This document shows positions 35,438 to 42,463 of a stretch of 51,030 nt of DNA, piece after piece. Location: NCBI GenBank assembly GCA_964516055.1, contig CAZEYK010000001.1, positions 1 through 51,030 on the forward strand. Direction: 5' to 3'. The DNA is from an uncultured Gammaproteobacteria bacterium. GTDB taxonomy: Bacteria; Patescibacteriota; Patescibacteriia; Magasanikbacterales; UBA922. The position numbers and the translations under genes are program-made. Positions within the stretch are counted from its first letter, which is position 1; every line of letters begins with the position of its first letter. The notes beneath the pieces are model-generated. The model saw only the letters and a list, made by a program, of their open reading frames with translations. It searched no databases and had not been told where the DNA came from.

Positions 35438-36817
35438 TTATTTTTTAGCTAGAAGTTTTTCAATACTGTTCACGATCCTTTCACAAGATTTTCCGTCATC
35501 TCGATAACAAACCTTATTAACAAGATTTTTCCTTTGAGCTTGATCAATAGAAGGATCACCAAAGTATTTATTTATACTAGAAAGCAATTCCTTATTATTA
35601 AAGACAAGATCAACAGCCCCAGTATCAAGAACCCATTGATAATGATCTTTCTTATAAAATAATTCACTCATATCCTGACCATGCTTATACAAAATACCAA
35701 AAGCAATATTAATAATAGGTAGATCAAAACAAGCGGCATCCAAAGTAAGAGTAGATGTAGTAGTAATCAATACATCAGAATGATGAAGCAAATTAGCAAA
35801 CATCTCCATATCCTTTCGAACTGGATCCCAATTATCCAAGAAAAAATTAGAAAGTGTAAAAAATGGATCTAATACAACATGTGGAGTATTCTCAAATCTG
35901 ACAAATCTATTATTATAAACATCAGAATAATGTGGACGAATAATAATTGTTGTATCCTCGTCATATACTCCTTCATCTAGCCATTTTACCAAAATATCAA
36001 CAATAGCATCATCATACGGCGCCCATACTCCTTCCGAACCAAAAAATATCAGTTTCCTCTTTGGATCAACTCCAATAAGTTTACAATATTCTTCCCGACT
36101 CAAAAGTGGTGCATCAACATAATAATCAAATTGTGGAAATCCTACAGACACAACTGAAGACTTCGAAAAACATTGCACACGAGGCACTTGTTCTTCCATC
36201 AACTCATTTTGAACCACTAATAAATCTGGAACAAATTTATAAAACATTTTTGCTATATTATCCCACCCCTTAGGCATACTAACAGTTTTTATACCACGTC
36301 GTCTTGCCTCTTTCATAAATAAAATGTCAACAGTAGAAACAATAGAAGAAGAAAAAACAAGAGACGGATTATACTTATCAAAATATTTTTCGTATGTATT
36401 ATTCCTAAAAACATGTTGTTCAACAAAACGAGCAATATATTTGAAAAAAGTAACATAACTAAAAGGTTTATACATCCATTTTTCTAGATACGCACGCCAA
36501 TTTGCCCGTTTCTTATTTTTCACATTCCCCATAAGAGAAAAAGTCCATGTCGTTTGTGTATATACAAGAAATGCAACAATTGGAGAAAAAATCTTACGGT
36601 AAATCCTTCCCAGTTTAACATTTTCAACTTCTTCAATAATTACCTGTTCTGATTCAAACTCATCTCTAAATGATTGTGGCAAATTAATTTTACGAATACG
36701 AGGAATGAAAATAACAATTTTGTAACCTCGTAATACAAGCAAATCCAAAATACCAGACCGCAAAATGTTACGAACCAAGAACCCCCGTGAAATGACAATA
36801 AACAAAGTCTCTTTCAT
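35438..36817 (-). CDS. Uncharacterised GT-B-like protein, paralog B (candidate glycosyl- or phospho-sugar transferase)
   Basis: Shares motifs with 40116-41522: ISRG..RNIL, LVFSxSI, GIKTxxMPKxWDN, GxPQFDYY, IFFGSEG, IRPH, HSDVxIxTxSTLTLDxA, CYxxDGKxxER. Confidence 0.5.
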   Translation of the reverse strand: MKETLFIVISRGFLVRNILRSGILDLLVLRGYKIVIFIPRIRKINLPQSFRDEFESEQVIIEEVENVKLGRIYRKIFSPIVAFLVYTQTTWTFSLMGNVKNKKRANWRAYLEKWMYKPFSYVTFFKYIARFVEQHVFRNNTYEKYFDKYNPSLVFSSSIVSTVDILFMKEARRRGIKTVSMPKGWDNIAKMFYKFVPDLLVVQNELMEEQVPRVQCFSKSSVVSVGFPQFDYYVDAPLLSREEYCKLIGVDPKRKLIFFGSEGVWAPYDDAIVDILVKWLDEGVYDEDTTIIIRPHYSDVYNNRFVRFENTPHVVLDPFFTLSNFFLDNWDPVRKDMEMFANLLHHSDVLITTTSTLTLDAACFDLPIINIAFGILYKHGQDMSELFYKKDHYQWVLDTGAVDLVFNNKELLSSINKYFGDPSIDQAQRKNLVNKVCYRDDGKSCERIVNSIEKLLAKK

Positions 36818-36825
36818 AAATAAAA

Positions 36826-37179
36826 TTATTTTCTAATATCAGGATTTCTCACCACTACATTAATAACAACATTATGCATATCAATAATAGGGACAATATT
36901 GATAGATGAATCCTTCGCAAATAACTCAGTAGCTTCTTCTTCCCCCTTAGCAACCGTTGGATTAAGATTAACTACATCACCAATAGGCGATGTAAGTGTC
37001 CTTCCAGAAACAAGAGCACGTCGAATATCCCCATCAGAAACCACACCTTCTAAATGATACTGATCATTAACAACCACCACCGTTCCCCGCTGATTATCAG
37101 TCATAGCAACCATCGCTTCTAACATAGTGATATTATTTTGCACTACGTAGTTATGTAATGCGAGTGTATCATGAGACAT
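36826..37179 (-). CDS. Stand-alone CBS-domain pair protein
   Basis: 117 aa. Sequence MLEAMVAMTDNQRGTVVVVNDQYHLEGVVSDGDIRRAL and a second CBS-like half. Confidence 0.7.
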   Translation of the reverse strand: MSHDTLALHNYVVQNNITMLEAMVAMTDNQRGTVVVVNDQYHLEGVVSDGDIRRALVSGRTLTSPIGDVVNLNPTVAKGEEEATELFAKDSSINIVPIIDMHNVVINVVVRNPDIRK

Positions 37180-37181
37180 AT

Positions 37182-38339
37182 TTAATACGTTAATTTTTTA
37201 ATTAACAACCCTTCATCTAATTTTACTTCTTTAAGAACGTCTACAATACGCTTGGCCGATTTTCCATCACCATATGGATTTATACACTGTTGTACTTGTT
37301 TCACAAAAACAGGAGACAATGCCATATTAATAGCATCGATAATCTCTTGTTGCTTATAATCCGTATTAATCACATTCTTTCCTTGCAAACGCCCCAGCTG
37401 CCTATTTCCAATATTCACAACTGGCAAATGAAACGAAGGCGCTTCAAGAATACCACTTGAAGAATTTCCCACCATCACATCTGCAACGCTCATCAATCCA
37501 GCATAATCTTCTCTCTTCACATTTTTATACATCTTCATGTTTGATTTTCTATACTCAAGAATCTTTCTTCTCACAATATTACCGCCAGCGTCAGAGTTAC
37601 TCGAAATAATTACCACTTGTCCATCAAATGAAGAAACAGCCTGCATAACTTCATCCATATGAGATTCCATACTACTTACCTCTTCAGTCACAGGATGAAA
37701 AACAAACAGCATAATCGGTTTTTCAGCATCAAGATCAAACTGCTTATAAATATCTTCTGCTGAAGTAATATCACCAAAAACAAAATCATCTAATTGAGGA
37801 GCACCAACCATATGGACACGATACTCTTCTTCTCCCATTTTTCGTACACGTTCAGCAGCATCATCGTTTGATGCAAAGTGCAAATGTGCAAATTTTGTAA
37901 TAGCATGCCGAGTTGACCCATCAATATTCCCAGATAATTCTCCTGCTTGGATATGAGCCGTAGGAATATACATATGTGCGCCAACAATAGCACCAACAAG
38001 TTGTTCCCCTCTATCCCCGGCGAGCAAAATCATGTCGGCACCCATTTGTTCAAGAATTTCAGGAAGTTGCAATTGAAATACCGCAAGAGATTTGGCCATA
38101 GATACATGATTGTATCCATCAAACGTATTATTAATACGAGAAAAAATTTTAATATTATCTCTTTCAAGCTCCGTAATACTCGATCCAAAAGAATCAAGTA
38201 CATGCATATTTGTCGCAATTACTCCATAATCGAGATCTTCATGTTGTTCTATTTCACGAATAATTGGACGAATATACCCATATTCTCCTCGCGACCCAGT
38301 AATAATCGCAATCATTCTTTTTTTATTCTTTTTGTCCAT
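37182..38339 (-). CDS. neuC: Hydrolysing UDP-N-acetylglucosamine 2-epimerase, copy 3
   Basis: MIAIITGSRGEYGY, LAGDRGEQLVGAIVGAHMYIPTAHIQAGELSGNIDGSTRHAITKFAHLHFAS. Confidence 0.8.
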   Translation of the reverse strand: MDKKNKKRMIAIITGSRGEYGYIRPIIREIEQHEDLDYGVIATNMHVLDSFGSSITELERDNIKIFSRINNTFDGYNHVSMAKSLAVFQLQLPEILEQMGADMILLAGDRGEQLVGAIVGAHMYIPTAHIQAGELSGNIDGSTRHAITKFAHLHFASNDDAAERVRKMGEEEYRVHMVGAPQLDDFVFGDITSAEDIYKQFDLDAEKPIMLFVFHPVTEEVSSMESHMDEVMQAVSSFDGQVVIISSNSDAGGNIVRRKILEYRKSNMKMYKNVKREDYAGLMSVADVMVGNSSSGILEAPSFHLPVVNIGNRQLGRLQGKNVINTDYKQQEIIDAINMALSPVFVKQVQQCINPYGDGKSAKRIVDVLKEVKLDEGLLIKKLTY

Positions 38340-38340
38340 A

Positions 38341-39399
38341 TTAAACAGTTATATATTCCCATTGTAAAATAGTATCTTTAGGGAAATCTTTAGTCACTCG
38401 CTTCCCAATCAACTTATCGGCATAACGTATATCCAAAAATTTAGCAGGAATACCAGAACCAGGACGTTTTGGAATAAGCATATCAAGGGTAAGCATTGTT
38501 CCTGCAGCGATATCTTCGGCAGCGACTACACTGTGATATGCCCAATCTCTAACTACTTGTTCATCTTTAGTAATATTTTTTTCACTACCCAGACTTACAT
38601 CAATTTTTCTTACTCCTTCAGCTAAATCTGCAAGCATGTCTGGTTCAAGAGCAATTTTATGATCAGGCCCATCTTGATCTCGAGATAACGTAAAATGCTT
38701 TTCAATAACTTTAGCCCCCATTGGAATAGACGCATAGGCCGTATAATTATCAACAGTATGATCAGATTGCCCAGCCCACACACCAAATTCTTCCTGCATC
38801 TTTCGAATCCGACCAAGATTAATATGTGAGTAATCCCCTGGTGGATATTCAGACGTACAATTAGTAAGAATCAAATTATCTTTGGCCCCTTCTTCTTCAT
38901 AGACAGCAACAGTCTCAACAATTTCTTCCCATTTGCTCATACCTGTAGAAACAATAACTGGTTTCCCTGTTTCCGCAGAGATTTTCGCCAACTTTCGTTG
39001 CATAGGAAGATTGGTAAGCTCTCCTGAACCAGTCTTAAATGCCTTCACGCCAAGTTCTTGTAAGACATCCACAGCAGCAGGACAAAATGGTGTACATAAA
39101 TATTCGACACCAACTTCTTCACAATAATCCATCACTTCTTTATGCATCTCTCGCGTAAACAAATTTCTTTTCAAAATATCATATAGTGGCCCATCCCACA
39201 TGTTTATAGAACCAGGAACCATTTCAATATCAGGAAGATGTAATTGAAACTTTGCAACATGAACCCCCGCTTTTTTAATCTCGTCAATCATCTTTTTTGC
39301 TGTTTCCACACTCCCATTATGAGAATCGGCAATTTCAGCGATAATCAATGTTGGTGAATCCTCAGAAATAGTATATTGTCCAAAAGTAATTGATTTCAT
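38341..39399 (-). CDS. neuB: NeuB-family nonulosonic (sialic) acid synthase, copy 3
   Basis: LIIAEIADSHNGSVETAKKMIDEIKKAGVHVAKFQ, QSDHT, and SAF-like VVAAEDIAAGTMLTLDMLIPKRPGSG. Confidence 0.8.
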   Translation of the reverse strand: MKSITFGQYTISEDSPTLIIAEIADSHNGSVETAKKMIDEIKKAGVHVAKFQLHLPDIEMVPGSINMWDGPLYDILKRNLFTREMHKEVMDYCEEVGVEYLCTPFCPAAVDVLQELGVKAFKTGSGELTNLPMQRKLAKISAETGKPVIVSTGMSKWEEIVETVAVYEEEGAKDNLILTNCTSEYPPGDYSHINLGRIRKMQEEFGVWAGQSDHTVDNYTAYASIPMGAKVIEKHFTLSRDQDGPDHKIALEPDMLADLAEGVRKIDVSLGSEKNITKDEQVVRDWAYHSVVAAEDIAAGTMLTLDMLIPKRPGSGIPAKFLDIRYADKLIGKRVTKDFPKDTILQWEYITV

Positions 39400-39403
39400 A
39401 ATA

Positions 39404-40135
39404 TTATGTTAAAAGTTTTTTCATTTTTATAGTGGCAACATCCCAATCATCTGGAGTATCAATATCAAAAGCATATTTTTCATCCATCAAATATCCCTTC
39501 GTTAAATCACCCCATAACGAAGGATCCTCTGTATAAAAATTGGCAACACGAAATGCATAAATAGCCGAATTAATATAATAAGTAGGTGATATATTTTGAT
39601 TTCGATGAATAAAATTTTTTACCTTTGTTCCATCAATAGAAGCAACTAAATCATCTTCCGTAAAAACAAGTGATTTATATGGACTAAAATGAGCAGGGAT
39701 TTTCGATATACCCACAATTGAATCAATATGATTTCCATATTCCTTAATTAATTGAACAACATCTATAACATGCGATGCTTGTCTTCCTGGAGCAGTTGGT
39801 TCAAACAAAACTACCCAATCAGCATTATATTGTTTATTATCACGCATCCACTCAACAGCATGTTTCACAACTTCAAATGATCCAGCAGTATCGGTAGCCA
39901 ACTCAGCGGGTCTCATAAATGGCACATCAATACAATATTCCTTTCCCACAGCAGCAATATCATCGTCATCTGTACTCAAAATAAAGTGATCAAAACAATT
40001 TGCATTTTTACCAACCTCAATACTCCACGCTAACAATGGTTTCCCATGAAATGGTTTAATATTCTTTCCTGGCAATCTTTTTGAATCACCACGCGCAGTA
40101 ATTATTCCTAAAATATTAGGATTTAATTTTTTCAT
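39404..40135 (-). CDS. neuA: CMP-nonulosonic acid synthetase, copy 2
   Basis: ILGIITARGDSKRLPGKNIKPFHGKPLLAWSI. Close paralog of 14638-15348. Confidence 0.8.
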   Translation of the reverse strand: MKKLNPNILGIITARGDSKRLPGKNIKPFHGKPLLAWSIEVGKNANCFDHFILSTDDDDIAAVGKEYCIDVPFMRPAELATDTAGSFEVVKHAVEWMRDNKQYNADWVVLFEPTAPGRQASHVIDVVQLIKEYGNHIDSIVGISKIPAHFSPYKSLVFTEDDLVASIDGTKVKNFIHRNQNISPTYYINSAIYAFRVANFYTEDPSLWGDLTKGYLMDEKYAFDIDTPDDWDVATIKMKKLLT

Positions 40136-41522
40136 ACGTTGTACTAATTACATCAAATAATCTTTCTCCTGCTTTTCCATCAAGTTTATAACAAAACCTT
40201 TCAATTAACTCACGTCGCTCCTTACCAAATTTATCTCCATTTTCAAGAATATCATTAATGCTATTCTTCAATTCATCAGCAGAATATGCTAAATAAGTAG
40301 ATTTAAAACTCAAAATCTCCTTATAATAATCACATACATACCATCTTCTAACACTTTTATATATTGGCAAATCATTTTCCTGTCCATCAAACATAATCAA
40401 TACAACAGGCTTTCCTATAGCCGCCCCATCCAAAGTAAGTGTAGAACACGTATTAATAATAACATCACTATGATACATGCAATTAAAAAAATGTTTCATT
40501 TGATCATAAGAATAATCCCAAGAATCCCTAAATTTCTTCGAAGGATTATTATGAGAATCAACAACAACATCATTTCTATTCAATACAGAAGAAAACTTTT
40601 CATAATCATTCTTATGACAAAAATGTGGTCTAATCAACAGTTGGCTTTCTTCAATAAGAAATCCATTTTTAATAAAATCTACAATAATTTCAGTAATATT
40701 CGAATCTGTTGGGATAACCTTTCCTTCTGATCCAAAAAATATAATACGCTTTTCAGGATCTAACCCCATGTTTTTACAAAAATCTTCTCGTGAAACAATA
40801 TAAGAATCATCACTATAATAATCAAACTGCGGTACACCAATAGTATTAATATTCTTTTCTTTATACCCTTGCAAATGTATCATCTGATGCTTCATAAAAG
40901 GACTCCATACGACAAGGGTATCAACTTGAATAGGAAACAATGCCTTAGACGGATTATCCCAAGTCTTTGGCATTCCAATAGTTTTGATACCACTTAACTT
41001 AGCTGCCTTAATAAAGGCAGCATCTTCAGACTCCATAATACTAGTAGAAAAAACCAAATCTAGTTTATATTCTTCAAAATATTTTCTATATTTGCTAACA
41101 ACTTCCTTATCAATAAGAAGACCATTAATATATATCAAAAAAGATTTATAAAATGACAACTTAGACAAAGGCAAAAAAACTATTGCTAACAAAATATATT
41201 TAATATTATGAAAAAAATTTAAAAACCAATTACGTTTGCTAACATCAACATAATCATAAAGTGCAAGACGTTTCGTGTTCAAATTAAAAACAGAAAATTT
41301 ATTTATCTTCAACACCACACTCTGTAAATAACCATACTTTTCAGGATAAAGTGGTAAAAATTTAACATTATCACCACCAAACTCAGAAATAAACCTTTCA
41401 TCCTTATATGCTGGTGTAAATATAACAATTTGTTCAGCACTTTTCTTAAGTTTCTCAAAAAAAACATTTTGCAAAATATTTCTTGCGGTACCTCCGCGTG
41501 ATATGGTAATGGCTATCTTCAT
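40116..41522 (-). CDS. Uncharacterised GT-B-like protein, paralog A
   Basis: Shares its motifs with 35438-36817 (see that entry). Overlaps the neuA-like start by 20 nt. Confidence 0.5.
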   Translation of the reverse strand: MKIAITISRGGTARNILQNVFFEKLKKSAEQIVIFTPAYKDERFISEFGGDNVKFLPLYPEKYGYLQSVVLKINKFSVFNLNTKRLALYDYVDVSKRNWFLNFFHNIKYILLAIVFLPLSKLSFYKSFLIYINGLLIDKEVVSKYRKYFEEYKLDLVFSTSIMESEDAAFIKAAKLSGIKTIGMPKTWDNPSKALFPIQVDTLVVWSPFMKHQMIHLQGYKEKNINTIGVPQFDYYSDDSYIVSREDFCKNMGLDPEKRIIFFGSEGKVIPTDSNITEIIVDFIKNGFLIEESQLLIRPHFCHKNDYEKFSSVLNRNDVVVDSHNNPSKKFRDSWDYSYDQMKHFFNCMYHSDVIINTCSTLTLDGAAIGKPVVLIMFDGQENDLPIYKSVRRWYVCDYYKEILSFKSTYLAYSADELKNSINDILENGDKFGKERRELIERFCYKLDGKAGERLFDVISTTYEKIKS

Positions 41523-41716
41523 ACTTTAATGATATATAACGTTCGTAATATCCTAGCTGAAAAAACACTAATTTTTTGAACCAAATCTTTTGGAAAAAAC
41601 AAAAATAGATACTTTTTGAAAAAATAGTTATCAATGCCCTTATAAAACAAAGAAATATCCAAAGAATTACATAATGGGCAAGTAATCAACGAAGGACTAT
41701 ATTTAAAAACTGACAT
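41519..41716 (-). CDS. Small 65-aa ORF, possibly a remnant of a methyltransferase N-terminus (CPLC zinc-ribbon half)
   Basis: ATG lies 7 nt after the upstream stop, and the ORF overlaps the downstream gene by ATGA. Only one CxxC is present (TCPLCNSLD). The rest is Phe/Lys/Leu-rich. Confidence 0.3.
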   Translation of the reverse strand: MSVFKYSPSLITCPLCNSLDISLFYKGIDNYFFKKYLFLFFPKDLVQKISVFSARILRTLYIIKV

Positions 41717-41722
41717 ACAAAA

Positions 41723-42463
41723 TTAATAATATAATGAAAAATCATTTTTCATAACCTCTCGTGCATGTATCAAATCTTCTTGAGTATCTATTTCAAGCCA
41801 TTCATACCCACTAATATCACCAATATAAAAGCCCACATGATCTGTATCCACGATCTTCTGCATAACATGTTCACTTACCGCTTGTTCAAAATCTTTTGCA
41901 ATTACGTCCTTAATAGTTTGCTTATATAATGGAAGATACTGTTCAGGACAATAGGTAATACCCACATACCCTAAACTATAATCTTGCAATGTTTTTGATA
42001 CGAATTTCAATTTATCACCTGAATCAGATGTTTTAACCTTCATATCATCATCAGTTAATTTTCTATCATTATCAGTGAATATTAAAAATTTATTTCCCAA
42101 TTGCTTCGCCATTTTATCTGCGATTTCCTTTCGAAAAATATGATCAGCATGATACACTACACATGAAGTATCAACCAAATCTAGACCACACTGCAAACTA
42201 AAAATATTACCCAAACGAAATTTTTTATTTTCTACAACTTCAACATTAGCATCAATATCTTTTACAACAGAGCGGAGTTTATCAATTTGAAAACCACCTA
42301 CAATAATGATTCTATCAGCACCAAGCGAATGTAAAAAACGAATACCATATTCTATAAGAGGTTTTCCTTCAATTTCAACCAAAGGTTTTGGTGTATCGAT
42401 AGTAATATCTTTTAATCTAGTACCCAAACCTGCGGCCATTACTACTGCTGTCAAATTATTCAT
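41723..42463 (-). CDS. Sugar-phosphate or alcohol-phosphate nucleotidyltransferase (LicC/IPCT-like)
   Basis: AVVMAAGLGTRLKDITIDTPKPLVEIEGKPLIEYGIRFL and C-terminal WLEIDTQEDL. ATGA overlap with the upstream 929-aa gene. Confidence 0.75.
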   Translation of the reverse strand: MNNLTAVVMAAGLGTRLKDITIDTPKPLVEIEGKPLIEYGIRFLHSLGADRIIIVGGFQIDKLRSVVKDIDANVEVVENKKFRLGNIFSLQCGLDLVDTSCVVYHADHIFRKEIADKMAKQLGNKFLIFTDNDRKLTDDDMKVKTSDSGDKLKFVSKTLQDYSLGYVGITYCPEQYLPLYKQTIKDVIAKDFEQAVSEHVMQKIVDTDHVGFYIGDISGYEWLEIDTQEDLIHAREVMKNDFSLYY

